Of a DNA stretch of 64,000 nucleotides, positions 36,681-51,174 are shown one piece after another. The notes below the pieces were generated by a model. The model was not told where the DNA came from, made no database searches, and was given only the letters and a program-made list of their open reading frames with translations. Origin of the DNA: Hormiphora californensis (Eukaryota; Animalia; Ctenophora); the NCBI GenBank assembly GCA_020137815.1, contig CM035350.1, positions 7,254,001-7,318,000 of the forward strand, written 5' to 3'. How positions within the stretch are numbered: position 1 is the stretch's first letter; the number at the start of each line of letters is the position of its first letter. A program made the position numbers and the translations under genes.

Positions 36681-39014
36681 AGGGTTAGTATAGTATACTC
36701 TAGCTCTAGCCAAGTTGGGAGACAAAGACAGATATATGGGAGCTAGCTATTTCAAAAGAGGAACAAAAAACTACTGACTACACTCAAAACTGGACTTTCG
36801 TGAAGGTAGTACCACTTTGCCATTATATAACACATGATCAAGCAACGTCAGAGAAAAAGAGACTGAGATAGAGGAGAGAGACTCATCACACCAACTTTGT
36901 TCATTGTAGGTGTAAATGGTCCCTCTCTCCCATATAACAACTAAATGTTTAGTAGTTCATTAAACCTGTGAAATGGACCAGCTAAATATATCGCCGGATA
37001 GATCAAGTTAAAAGGACACGTCCGTCCTTATACTTGTGTAGGTAGAGGGTTTCGCATAGAATGTTGCCCCTAATTTAGGCCAGAATGGAAAAAAAAACAC
37101 ATTTCCCCCGACAGTCTAGTAAACTAGTAAACTACAAAGTTGAATGAAGTTGAACTAGTAAACTACAAAGTTGAATGAAGTTGAACTAGTAAACTACAAA
37201 GTTGAATGGCAAAAAGGGATGATTAATCAATTACTTAATGATTAATCAATTACTGAGAATGTCAGACAATGGTAAACTGCAGTCTATATGTAGATACTAC
37301 TGCAGGTACCATTCATTTGTTTTGTTCAAACCCACGGGGAAACAGGGCCGAGCAAGGCAACCATTCACTGTAACGGCTTTATAATCGAGCTGTATAACTG
37401 TCGATGTTACCTATTAGAATTAGGACACATTAAAAACTACGGTACGCCCTATTTTGTGTAATTATTATGGCCTATACCAACTGTGGCCAGGAACAACATA
37501 TTAACAAACTGTTTCTCACTCTAGTACAATTGTGGCAATACTTTGCAGTATACTGCAAAGCAGAAGGTGTAGATTTTGCTAATATATTATGTGAATTTGG
37601 TAGTAGTTTCTGTAAGACAACAGAGAGAAACGAGTAATTTACAATAATTACTAGCAACGTGGGAAATAGGGAGAGATAGATAGACAATGATAGATAGAGA
37701 GGGAAAGTTAGTTACGAATAATGTGGCCACTTTATATCAATTCCACCCCTAAATCATGTCATATATATGACTCACGTATCTTGACGGCCGCCACATGATA
37801 AACTACATATTAAACTACTACACCGTAATAACGCCAGGTAGTATCTACTACTGCACGTGTTTCGACGAAACAGCTCCGTGGTTAACTTCACCTTTCAGGA
37901 GAATCAGGTCTACCCTGTGCCAGACTAATACGTCAAATGACTAACTGATTGTTGCCCCTCCTATTAAATCTGTCCGTTTAGGGTGGGCGAAAAGATATAA
38001 AGAGATGCTGAATTAGAGAAAGCGGTAGTCTACAGCCGGAAACAATGATAAAAACGCTTAAATTTACATATGTTGTTAAATGGCCTGAAGACCAGACTGA
38101 AGGACTCCGAACTCGAGCTACTGCAAAACACGTTATTCACTCCAACTTCACTGTTAATTCTAATTCTCTCCCTATGTAGCAGTTAGGTTTAGATTTGGTT
38201 ACGACATAATCCCTCTACAGCGACCTTCGGGCACTGGCAAGGGAGGGGTAACTTCTTTACCAAGGTTTAGATCACATGTCTAATAGGAGAGAGGGAAAAA
38301 GAACACAAGACCTAGTTTATCGACACAAATAGTTAACCACCAATAGCTGTTGTAGTATAGGTATTAGTGAAAAAAAGGAAAATAAGAGAGCAGTCTATTC
38401 ATAATGAATGAAGCGTGAACCGACAGTAATCACTTTCTTTTAGTTTTATTCCATCTTTCTCTCTCATTTCAGTCAACATCGCGAGGATTTTTAACCAAAA
38501 TAAATCCACACAACGATTGATTGGAGTTAGTGCTCGTTTCATTACTGGGACAGATTTCTCTAAATTGTTATTACTACAGCTGTAATTTCATGACGAGAAG
38601 AATGAAACGAGAAAGATGGTTGATGTGACGATGATTTCCTGGAGGTACTGACTGTATAGGTGCGAAATAATGATAGAAAGCGGGGGATGGAGAGATTGAG
38701 TGGAACTGAGAGGGAAGAGAGAGAAGATATTGGGCGATAGAGAGAGAGAGAGAACGAGAGAGGGAGAAGGAGGGGACGAAAGAGAGAAAGAAGGAAGTCG
38801 ACTGACCTATATCAGGAATTAATGATCAAGCCGATCCTCCGATATCATGTGAGACATCCAGGTGCAAGTTGTTCAAAGGTGTGGCATCAGGAGATATTTA
38901 GAAATAGAGATACACACACACACACGCTTTCTCTCTCTCTTTGGTTACGAGTTACTATTACTATCATGATAGACGACACAATGATCCTGTCCGTTTTTTT
39001 GTGATCATATCAAC

Positions 39015-39123
<109 letters not shown>

Positions 39124-39488
39124 AAGAGAGACAGAGAGACAGAAAATCTAACCTGTAGCTCTAGATACAGTAACTGGGCATCATCAGCCCCAAGATTGTT
39201 GCTGACGCAAACAGGTGCTACGTTATACCGAAAATAATAGAAAGAAACGCATCTTATTAATGGTGACATAACATTAAATGACAAGTACAACACAAGAACA
39301 TAACAACAGTCTCTTTACGGTCAGTTTCAAATTGATGAGGGCCAGAGTCCAGAGAGGTCTCACTAATTCTCTGTCACATACAAGCACACTGCACAATGAT
39401 TAAATAGATCAGAGTTCAGAGGTCACTCACTCACTACAGATACAGACGGCTGAAGGGGTCCTAAATACCCGGCACATACCTTGTCAAC

Positions 39489-42400
39489 CTAAGTGGTTGT
39501 AATCTTGGCCCCCTTATCCAGTAGGTAGTCCCGTATCTCAGTGTGGCTCCTCTCTACGGCCTCGTCAAGGGGCGTGTGTCCGTTCCTGCGAGGGGAGCTG
39601 TTGTTTCGTAAGGGGAGGGTAGGGGTAGATACGTGGCAGAGATGTCTCTCTAAACATAGAGTCTAGTAGAATGCTTTTCTAATTGTCTGCTGACAGAAAT
39701 AATGCAGCACTGAAGACATTCCAGGGGTTCCAGGGGTTACATAGTCTGTCGGACATTAAGGGATGGCACAGCTCCCCTCGATATTTATAGATCGATAGAG
39801 TCTAGATGGACATTAAACTCCCCTCACTTACAGATCGATAGGGTCTAGCTGGACATTCAACTCCCCTCACTTACAGATCAATAGGGTCTAGATGGACATT
39901 AAACTCCCCTCACTTACAGATCGATAGGGTCTAGATGGACATTAAACTCCCCTCACTTACAGATCGATAGGGTCTAGATGAACATTAAACTCCCCTCACT
40001 TACAGATCGATAGGGTCTAGATGGACATTAAACTCCCCTCACTTACAGATCGATAGGGTCTAGATGGACATTAAACTCCCCTCACTTACAGATCGATAGG
40101 GTCTAGATGGACATTAAACTCCCCTCACTTACAGATCGATAGGGTCTAGATGGACATTAAACTCCCCTCACTTACAGATCGATAGGGTCTAGATGGACAT
40201 TAAACTCCCCTCACTTACAGATCGATAGGGTCTAGATGGACATTAAACTCCCCTCACTTACAGATCGATAGGGTCTAGATGGACATTAAACTCCCCTCAC
40301 TTACAGATCGATAGGGTCTAGATGGACATTAAACTCCCCTCACTTACAGATCGATAGGGTCTAGATGGACATTAAACTCCCCTCACTTACAGATCGATAG
40401 GGTCTAGATGGACATTAAACTCCCCTCACTTACAGATCGATAGGGTCTAGATGGACATTAAACTCCCCTCACTTACAGATCGATAGGGTCTAGATGGACA
40501 TTAAACTCCCCTCACTTACAGATCGATAGGGTCTAGATGGACATTAAACTCCCCTCACTTACAGATCGATAGGGTCTAGATGGACATTAAACTCCCCTCA
40601 CTTACAGATCAATAGGGTCTAGATGGACATTAAACTCCCCTCACTTACAGATCGATAGGGTCTAGATGGACATTAAACTCCCCTCACTTACAGATCGATA
40701 GGGTCTAGATGGACATTAAACTCCCCTCACTTACAGATCGATAGGGTCTAGATGGACATTAAACTCCCCTCACTTACAGATCGATAGGGTCTAGATGGAC
40801 ATTAAACTCCCCTCACTTACAGATCGATAGGGTCTAGATGGACATTAAACTCCCCTCACTTACAGATCGATAGGGTCTAGATGGACATTAAACTCCCCTC
40901 ACTTACAGATCGATAGGGTCTAGATGGACATTAAACTCCCCTCACTTACAGATCGATAGGGTCTAGATGGACATTAAACTCCCCTCACTTACAGATCGAT
41001 AGGGTCTAGATGGACATTAAACTCCCCTCACTTACAGATCGATAGGGTCTAGATGGACATTAAACTCCCCTCACTTACAGATCGATAGGGTCTAGATGGA
41101 CATTAAACTCCCCTCACTTACAGATCGATAGGGTCTAGATGGACATTAAACTCCCCTCACTTACAGATCGATAGGGTCTAGATGGACATTAAACTCCCCT
41201 CACTTACAGATCGATAGGGTCTAGATGGACATTAAACTCCCCTCACTTACAGATCGATAGGGTCTAGATGGACATTAAACTCCCCTCACTTACAGATCGA
41301 TAGGGTCTAGATGGACATTAAACTCCCCTCACTTACAGATCGATAGGGTCTAGATGGACATTAAACTCCCTTCACTTACAGATCGATAGGGTCTAGATGG
41401 ACATTAAACTCCCCTCACTTACAGATCGATAGGGTCTAGATGAACATTAAACTCCCCTCACTTACAGATCGATAGGGTCTAGATGGACATTAAACTCCCC
41501 TCACTTACAGATCGATATAGGGTCTAGATGGACATTAAACTCCCCTCACTTACAGATCGATAGGGTCTAGATGGACATTAAACTCCCCTCACTTACAGAT
41601 CGATGGGGTCTAGATGGACATTAAACTCCCCTCACTTACAGATCGATAGGGTCTAGATGGACATTAAACTCCCCTCACTTACAGATCGATAGGGTCTAGA
41701 TGGACATTAAACTCCCCTCACTTACAGATCGATAGGGTCTAGATGGACATTAAACTCCCCTCACTTACAGATCGATAGGGTCTAGATGGACATTAAACTC
41801 GTTCACCAGAACGTGAACTGCAGAAAGATGTCCTCCACAACAAGCGAGATGAAGAGCCGTCCTACCGTCGAAATCGCTCAAATCTGGGTTTACACCTCCC
41901 CTCACGTACTTTCTATAAAGGATGATGGGAGGATATTAATTAATTAGGGGGGGGGGTCGTTAATTATTTGATAATGACTGATCCTACTTGAACTTTCCTT
42001 GGGGGTCTACTTCAAGATAGTGTTTATTCACAGTATACCGTATAAGATATGTATCACCCCGTTCAGCTGCAAAGATCAGTTTGAATAGCTGTGTTTCCTC
42101 TGTGTCACTGATCATGAAGCCCCGGGGATTCATCTTGCTTGTCGGCATGTTACTCACTGTGTCGTACTCGTGAAGAGCAAACATTCGGGTTAACTCCTGG
42201 AGAGAGAGTATTATAGTACGTAGTGGGGTGGGACAAGTATTGTAAACTCCTAGTGGGATGGATCTGTACACTTTGAGGCTGGAGTAAAACAAGATTGGAA
42301 GCTGTTGATCTATTCGAGTGGTCAACATTATTCATTGTATCTGAAACGACTCAAAAACAGCCGATTGATTCAGTTACACCTTCAATCAACAAATCAAAAC

Positions 42401-45400
42401 GTGCAGTGTACCTTAGCAAATTGAATGCCTCGTTTGGAGTTTTTACACCCGTCCAACATGGGTCCCCATACACATATCCCCATAATATTTGGTACCACTA
42501 TCAGTATCGCACCGGTAGCACTTGACTTGGCAGGTAAACCGATCTGGGGAGATATAAGGGGTTGTAGATGGTTAGAAAACATCATGAAACCGGGATGAAA
42601 CCAACCACCAGTTTTTAGTGGTTACCCAGTGGTTACCAAGGAGAAACTCAGTGGTTATCCAGTGGTTACCAAGGAGAAACTCAGTGGTTATCCAGTGGTT
42701 ACCAAGGAGAAACTCAGTGGTTATCCAGTGGTTACCAAGGAGAAACTCAGTGGTTATCCAGTGGTTACCAAGGAGAAACTCAGTGGTTATCCAGTGGTTA
42801 CCAAGGAGAAACTCAGTGGTTATCCAGTGGTTACCAAGGAGAAAATCATGGGTTACCCAGTGGTTACCAAGGAGAATATCAGTGGTTGCCCAGTGGTTAC
42901 CAAGGAGAAACTAAGTGGTTACCCAGTGGTTACCAAGGCGAAACTCAGTGGTTACCCAGTGGTTACCAAGGAGAAACTCAGTGGTTACCCAGTGGTTACC
43001 AAGGAGAAACTCATGGGTTACCCAGTGGTTACCAAGGAGAAACTCAGTGGTTACCCAGTGGTTACCAAGGAGAAACTCAGTGGTTACTCAGTGGTTACCA
43101 AGGAGAAACTCAGTGGTTACCAAGTGGTTACTAAGGAGAAACCCAGTGGTTACCCAGTGGTTACCAAGGAGAAACTCAGTGGTTACCCAGTGGTTACCAA
43201 GGAGAAACTCATGGGTTACCAAGGAGGTTACCAACCTCGAAAGCCCATCGTCCACTGTAATCGTAGAGTCCGCAGCAGTGCATGGTGGACAGGGTATCTC
43301 GGACACTACATGGTGAGAGACACACCTTCTGGCTGAGGGGACACACTCCTCCGTTAGCCAGGGTGGCCGCTATTACTGAACCCTGGTCCGTGGTTGTTGA
43401 TAAACTCTGCACCTGGGGAAAACAGAGACGTAACATTCAGAGAGTGCTGCACTCTGGAGTGAGCTAGAGAGATATAACGATCTCGGAATGGTGAGCTGGG
43501 ACTGGACATTGCCCATATATGGGCATATTCATATCAAAAAATGTTTTTTGGGGCGTTATTTCGAAAAAACCACACATATGAATCGCCTCATGAGAACCAG
43601 TACAACCATTATTTCCAGTCTGCACCTTCAGAACTCCATTTTATAATGAAAATTTTATTTTATTTTCATCTTTTTTTCTTGCACATTTTCCTACTTTGCA
43701 GTATTAGTTGAGACGAATTTTAACTTTTTGAGATTTTATTTGTCGGAAACCAAATTCCGGTTGTAACCGACTACTTTTGACCTGCTGAACACGATCCCGT
43801 TCATGAAAAAGCTCTCAAAATTGAAGAAAATGGCCAAAATGAACATTTTTAGTCAAAAATGAACATTTTTGGTCCAAAATGAACATTTTCAGGTCAAAAA
43901 TGACCTTTGGCTAACTTTCATGATACACATCCATTCTGATCGGTATCAAACCGCTGAACACGACCCTGACCATAAAAAGTTGATATCAAGAACATGCCAA
44001 AAACTGGTGTAAAACACACATATTTTCCTTTTTTCGGTAAAAAAGTAAACTTTTTTAATCGCCTGGCCCACGTAATTGACATACACTATCCCAATTCCGT
44101 TTTCAGGATGTAGTAGACAATTGTCCATAGTTTCATATCTACCCTTAACCTTTTGGCCAAGTCGACAAAATTTTCACTTAGCACACCCTACTGGACATAC
44201 ATGATCTGTAGAACTACCTGAAAGTAGAAGTCCAAGACTTCATCCATGGGTGGTGAGATTTCAGGGAAGACACCCTTTTTACGGAGAATATGTCCAATTG
44301 CCTTCTCCTTAAAACTGTGATCTTTCTTCTTTAGAAACCAGGAGAGATCAAAGTCAAGCTGGCCACCACCGAGCATCCCATTGAACTGCTGGACAAGGGT
44401 ATCAAACCTAGGGCGAGGGATGAAGAAATAATGAGGGAGTGCTACCATGGCGCATCTCAATTCCAGTGTTACCATGGTAACCATGGTGCATCCCAAGTCC
44501 AGTGTTACCATGGTAACCATGGTGCATCTCAAGTGTTACCATGGTAACCATGGCGCATCTTCAATCAGGATACCTACTATGTAATTGATGCGGCATCTAC
44601 TACCTGTCCGGTATTGCTAGGTCAGGTCGGAAGAGTGATGCAATAACAATGCATCCCATTGAAACTAGCGGGTTATACGGTTTTCCCTCGTTGTTTAGCT
44701 TGATTTCCTCGGAGTGAATGCCGCTAGGTTCCCTCCCCACATACTGATACACAGTATCACGACCCACCAGGTCTTCTGTTAGCGCAAAGAGGATCGGGTA
44801 GACGCAGCTGCCCAGAGCGAACTTTTCCTTGGTGTGACCCAGAGAGATCCTGTAGGTAAAGGGAGTGTAATATGACATTGATCCTGCAGAGGGCTGGTTG
44901 GAAGAGCTGTCAGGCTACTACGGTTCTATGAGAATAGGGTCAGCCGTCAGGCCAATACTCTGACAGTGGAAGAGGGGGGATTATTGGGGAACCATGCAGT
45001 TATATCTACCTCTGTCCATCCACACTACAAATACTAACTCCCCACGCATCCATTCTTTCTGAATCCACCATTGGTTTTGTACTTGTCTGTGCAGGGAGAT
45101 GCAGGGAAGTTAGAAAATAAAACAGAGAAAGAGCTGTCAGATTCTCAGCCATCATGCAGCTCCCCTGCACTAACCGTGGCAGAAAACATTGGCACAGTGC
45201 CAATGGGATCGATGTAAACACACTTTTCAAAACACTCCTGAGGGGGGAATAATATCACGGATTCGGGATAGACCTACTGAATAAAGCTTTTCACATGACC
45301 CAATACTGCACCCAGTACAATTATATGACGGGTCTTAGAAAACGATTGGTCCAATTTAATAGCTTCAAGAGAAGTAAAACAGAGCCCTAATCCCTATTAT

Positions 45401-46336
45401 AACTGACCTTTATTTGTTTGGTAAATGATACAAAATCTGGAATGATAAGATTTCCACTGAGTGCCTTGTTGATAAGCTCAATCTCATTTTCAATGATTCT
45501 GCAGATCATTAGTATTAAAGATTGTTTACTAAATATGGTATATTCAGTAACTATAATACTGCAGTTTACAACTCACCCACAGAAAGTGCTGAATGGTATC
45601 GTGGTGTCAGCATTCTCTAATGCTCTCTCGCTCACTACATCTTCCAGTTTCCTTGTAGCGCTCTTTAAACGTGGATCCGTCGAGTACCTCAAACCGCTTT
45701 TACCCAAATTCTGTGTGGCAAATAGACCCTCTAGGCTCTAAAATTTCAAAAGAAAAGTCCCTGATAAAACAAACGAATGTAGCAACTATAACTAGAGGAA
45801 CAGACGGCATATATTTCTTACATTGAGAAAGAGGTGAATGTCAATGTATCCATCCTCTTCGAATATCCTCACCAGACGTTTTGGGTCGTCGTCCTCAGCT
45901 TCGGAGGCGTCCATTGTCTGCCTTCTGGGACACGACAACAGCTCCCTCTCCAGGTACACACTGAGGTTAGAGATCAGGGGTTAGAGAGGGGTTAGAGAGG
46001 TGTTAGAGAGGGGTTAGAGATCAGGGGTTAGAGATCAGGGGTTAGAGATCAGGGGTTAGAGAGGGGACGTGAGGGGACGGTGTGGCCTCTGATATAAGCC
46101 AGCAACCAACCGCTACAGTCTTGTATACCCATGCCAACCATGGATGCCCATGATACTAAGTGGTCCAACCACAGTAGTATTATACTGATATTATCCATGA
46201 CAACTACCCATGACAACTGGATACTAAGTGGTCCAACCACAGTAGTATACCTAGGTCTTCTCCGTCGGAGAGAACCGCTTAGTTTAAATGCTGCCTCTGT
46301 TACTAGCCGAGCCTTAGTCCAGTTCTTACTAGCCAT
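39489..46336 (-). CDS. GLS: Glutaminase with C-terminal ankyrin repeats, ~13 exons
   Basis: WGVSICSVDGQR; YVGREPSG; KPYNPLVSMGCI; AATLANGGVCP; CGLYDYSGRWAFE|IGLPAKS; DSKRG-like NSKRGIQF; ankyrin GHTPLDEA. Confidence 0.92.
39787..41799. repeat. 43-bp tandem repeat (~47 copies) containing the GLS exon end plus GTAAGT donor
   Basis: Minus-strand unit tttaatgtccatctagaccctatcgatct|gtaagtgaggggag. Confidence 0.97.
42617..43233. repeat. Intronic 30-bp minisatellite (~20 copies)
   Basis: (cagtggttaccaaggagaaactcagtggttacc)-type units next to the donor at 43235. Confidence 0.95.
43510..44189. mobile_element. 680-bp insertion in a GLS intron; 8-9 bp TSD, no TIR
   Basis: ACTGGACAT at 43501-43509 and 44190-44198. 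Starts with palindrome TGCCCATATATGGGCA. Shares ~90 bp (43752-43840) with 52336-52423. Confidence 0.7.
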
Positions 46337-46709
46337 ATTGGTGCAGGTAACAAAACACACAGATCAGAATTGGTGGAGTTGTTCATGGGGATGGGTAGAG
46401 GGGGGGGGGGGGTTATCAGGTGAGACAGATTGGTGCATGTCTCTTCCCATGAGAAGTCGCTATATTGCCCCCCCCCCCCATCAATACAATGATAGATCGT
46501 GTGACGGATTGATTGTCATGGAATTATCGAAACTGGCGGGGCCACCCCACCCTCCATGTGTGTGCATGCTCGAGAGTTTTGAAATGCGTGAAAAAGGAAA
46601 CACACACACGTCAATTGATAGCCGTGTCACGTGATCCGATCTATATCGGCCAATGTATCGGTCTTCTTTCACATCTCTTTTTCTCTCTTTCTCTCTCTCT
46701 ATCTTTCTC

Positions 46710-46849
<140 letters not shown>

Positions 46850-47253
46850 TCTCACTCTCTCTTTTCAAGCATAATAGCGGTGGTCTGTTTAAACCCGAGC
46901 GTGACGGTGGTGCACTGTGAGCTATACATCCCCTGCTGCCACGAGACAAACATATACACTGTATATTATACAGTGCAGGACGTGGCAATCTGATTCATGA
47001 TCTTCCTTCATCTCTCATCTTGTACGTTCTCTTTTATATTCAATCTGCATGTCAATTTGTACAACTGAGTTTTGGCACTTTCCTTGCTTTTCTTTACAGC
47101 GGTCAGCGTGTAAGACAAAGAGAGAGATTGTATAGAGTGAAGTGCAAGGTGTTATACGTTATTCACGTAGCTAGAACTCTCTGATTGCATTGACCACTTT
47201 TATCAGCTACTACTGCTCATCACTCTCTATGACTAGTAGGATTGCACTGCTGT

Positions 47254-50200
47254 ATGCCTGTTCGGCGAACACGTTCTAAGGTCCACCCCTCCAGGGGTCC
47301 TAGTGCGGCATCTCGCAAGGTGTCCACCGCCTCACACGACAGTGACCAGGTATATATATCGTGTGGTGTGTATATCATGACTAGAGCGTGTTACAGTCGG
47401 TACCTAATCCACCCATCTCCTGCTAAGTCTACAGTCCCTACCTCCTCCCTACAGAGACCAGAGTCATCCCAGGCATGCAAACAGGAGGCGTACACAGAGG
47501 CCCTGAAGAGGTCACTCCTGGAGTCACAGGTAGCCCAATCGATTGTTCTTGATGACCTGCATGTTCCTAAGTTTAGTATCTAACCGATTGTCGATTGATT
47601 TGCTACTTTGTTCAATTCCCTTCTCTGTAGATGGAGAGAGAATATCTGAAGACAGCAGCTATGACGTATTCCAACAACGAGGCCGTGATGATGATGAAAT
47701 ATGACCAGTTCGGTGATCAGTACCATGCTCCTCCGTACTCTGCTGACAGCTCTATTATGACAACAGAGAGAATGCTAACAGCAACCAGTACGTGTTGTTA
47801 ATATAGTGATGTTGCTATGGTAACTAAAAAGTCATCAATGGTTTCCATGGTTACAAACTCACTGCAACTCTCTTACAGCGGGTATATCGTTTCTAACATC
47901 TGGAGACACGCCAGGAAGTATCTTGGAGGATGCTGCTCCAGAGGGAGATCAGCAAATGCCTGAATTTAGGATAGAAACAGCCACTGATAAACTGAGAGTG
48001 AATCTGACTGACAACTACATTGTATCGCTCACACCAAGAGTAAATATAATTAAATAATTAAATAATTAAATAATTAAATAATTAAACTGAAAATTATCTT
48101 AGTAAGGTGATTTAACTAAAATTTTAGCCTCAACCACAAAAAAATTTGTTACAAAGGATTTCCACCTCAAATGTACTCCTAAGGGTCCCCTCTATCGATT
48201 CCAACCAATGCTCATATTTGCTCAGGGGTGCTAAGGCCTCATTTCCGGGTGGGCGTGGTACCTGTATTTTCAGCCTGAGGCCAAAACCATAAGTACCCTT
48301 AAAATAGGAGTAGAGATAAAATCGAGGGCACTAGAGTGATCAGCGTCCTCGCATTAGTGGGGGTAGGTGCCGGAATTAAGTCTCTATCTCATCTGGTTAA
48401 TTAGATAATTGGATAATTAGGTTTGCGCATAACCGTTTTTTGGCTATATGGCTATAGCCACTTAGGAATGGTTTAGAGACTTTTCATTGGTGCCATTTTG
48501 TAGACAAAACGAAGTTGTGGGGGGTCGACGTCGGACTTTTAAGCTCTATCTTCAACCGTTTAGCCGTTATTTGGCTTTAACGGTGTTCAAAATCGGGATT
48601 TTTACCGTATTTTGCTCATTTGGAGAATCTTAAAAGCCAAATAACGGCTAAACGGTTGAAGATAGAGCTTAAAAGTCCGACGTCGACCCCCCACAACTTC
48701 GTTTTGTCTACAAAATGGCACCAATGAAAAGTCTCTAAACCATTCCTAAGTGGCTATAGCCATATAGCCAAAAAACGGTTATGCGCAAACCTAATTATCC
48801 AATTATCTAATTAACCAGATGAGATAGAGACTTAATTCCGGCACCTACCCCCACTAATGCGAGGACGCTGATCACTCTAGTGCCCTCGATTTTATCTCTA
48901 CTCCTATTTTAAGGGTACTTATGGTTTTGGCCTCAGGCTGAAAATACAGGTACCACGCCCACCCGGAAATGAGGCCTTAGCACCCCTGAGCAAATATGAG
49001 CATTGGTTGGAATCGATAGAGGGGACCCTTAGGAGTACATTTGAGGTGGAAATCCTTTGTAACAATTTTTTTTGTGGTGTTCCTGTTTTATCACCTTACT
49101 ATCTCTCTCAGTGTCCGGGTTACGTTTTTCTTAATTCTAACACACACCTCCATCAAGGATGATAATAAAGTTGGTATTGATGCATCATGGAAGGAACTTG
49201 AAGAGATCCGAGTTGATATTTTCGAGTCACGGATACCGGACAAGTGTGCCTGGTTTGATTTGAGTGGAAACTCCCTTAAATACGATAGTTTTGCAAAGGA
49301 GGCACCCGTTCCAGGGACAGTTAACTCTCGACAAGAAACACCCGGACATGTGCCTAACATGTGGGACAACTTTAAGGTAGTATCTTCACCGCTCCTTCAT
49401 ACAATATTTGGTTACTCCTTCATAAAACATTCACTTACTCCTTTATACACACAGGTTTTAGAAGAGTTGGTGTTTGGGAGGGCGTGTAGCGATGAAAGTA
49501 CGTGTAAACGAGGGAACTCCCTGCGTTACATCCCAGACAGTGTGTTCAATTGCCGAACTCTGAGGATCCTGAGTTTCAGCAGTAACAACCTGCAAGATAT
49601 ACCTACCGAGGTACTTGGTAAAAACAACATTTCAATAAATCATGCACGTTACTGATTTATATCCATGTTTCAGATTTCAAAACTGGTGAATTTGGAGGAG
49701 CTTTATCTTGATGATAACCAACTTCTTGACTTTCAACCATCCATTACGAACCTCCCCAAACTACGTCCTCCTTGATATGGACTATAACTCTATTGAACAT
49801 GTCGAAATTACAACCCTACCTCGGTCCCTTACATGCCTCAGACTCAAGGGAAATAATATATCAAGTTTCAGTTTAAAACCGTGCAAAAACAGTCTTCGAC
49901 AACTTGACCTTTCTTCCAATAACATCTCAGAACTCAATAACGTCTCCTTCAAGTGTCTAACCCGGCTAAAACTCCTTGATTTGTCCTCAAACGTGCTGGA
50001 GTCCCTCCCACCAACATTTGGAAAGGTAGAAAACCTGCGGCACCTGTATCTAGACGATAACATGTTTGAACACCTCCCAACCTCAGTGTGTCTCCTCCAG
50101 AAACTTCGTATCTTGAACGTCTCCCAGAACTCGCTAACTGCTCTACCGAGGGAAGCAGGGAACATGGTCATGTTGAGGGAGCTCCATGTGGAGAATAACA

Positions 50201-50955
50201 AACTGGAATCCCTCCCTGATGAGCTGAGGAATGTGTGCAGACTCTTGACCCTCAGTGCCAGCGGAAACAGACTCACCAAGATCCCTCCGGTGGTTGGAAC
50301 TCTCCAGTTCCTAAACGATCTCCTCCTGTTCAACAATAAGATCAGATGTATCGATATGAGTGTACTGGGCGGGTGCCAGAGTTTAATTGTCCTGGGACTC
50401 AGTAATAACCGTATAAAGGAGATCCCCACGGGAATACCTAGTCTCCAGCATATTCGGATAATTCAGCTGGATGGAAACAGTCTATCGGGTCTACCAGAGG
50501 AACTGTTCAGTGTGAACAGTTTGAAGTATCTCAGTCTGAACCACAATCGACTGGAGGTGCTTCCAGAGAGCGTTGCCAAGCTGGGAAACCTCGTGGGTCT
50601 GCTGGTAGACGGGAATTCTATCACTGAGATACCAGAGAGTATTGGAGGACTCCAGAACCTCCGTGTGTTGTCAGTGAAACAGAACTATATAGAAAGTATC
50701 CCTGATACTATCTCTCTGCTGGTTAACATCGAGCTGATGGATGTTTGTGATAACAGGTTAACCAGACTACCTACTACGATCAGCTCCTTCGGGGAGGGAG
50801 TGGAGCTGAAGACGACCAACAATCAGCTCCAACTCCCACCCCAGGAGGTAGCTGATAAAGGGATCATTTCTATTAAGACATTCCTGGAGACCCAGACAGA
50901 TCTAGTCCGGGATAATACCAGCGAGCATTCAGAGTTCGAAACTACAGCCCTGTAG
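47254..50955 (+). CDS. Leucine-rich repeat protein (cytoplasmic type), ~7 exons; apparent 1-nt insertion near 49767
   Basis: Many LxxLxLxxNxL repeats at 49455-50830; C-terminal cap NQLQLPPQEVADKG. Upstream exons have GT-AG sites in phase. Confidence 0.85.
48100..49101. mobile_element. Palindromic Academ-like element (1002 bp) in LRR gene intron; TSD TCT
   Basis: TAGTAAGGTGAT...ATCACCTTACTA; arms within 48133-49078; TCT on both flanks. Confidence 0.9.
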
Positions 50956-51095
50956 ATGTTTCCGGAATATTTGTATATTCATGGACATGGCGTCAATACC
51001 GCATTGGAGCTGTTGAAGTGGGCTCAAGGGAAAAAAAGGATATTCTTATATTTCTAAGACTGGGGTGATAATTGGCCAAGATTCTTGACCGGGAA

Positions 51096-51174
<79 letters not shown>

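Noticed and set aside
45962-46062. Telomere-like GGGGTTAGAGA repeats
   Set aside because: Not TTAGGG arrays; a short intronic repeat next to an acceptor.
49761-49778. CCT-TGA-T in the LRR gene as a second programmed +1 frameshift
   Set aside because: Deleting one C near 49767 restores the LRR consensus LRLLDMDYN, whereas shifting at the stop gives LRPPDMDYN. Similar single-base insertions at ~6900 and ~19972 point to consensus errors or mutations.
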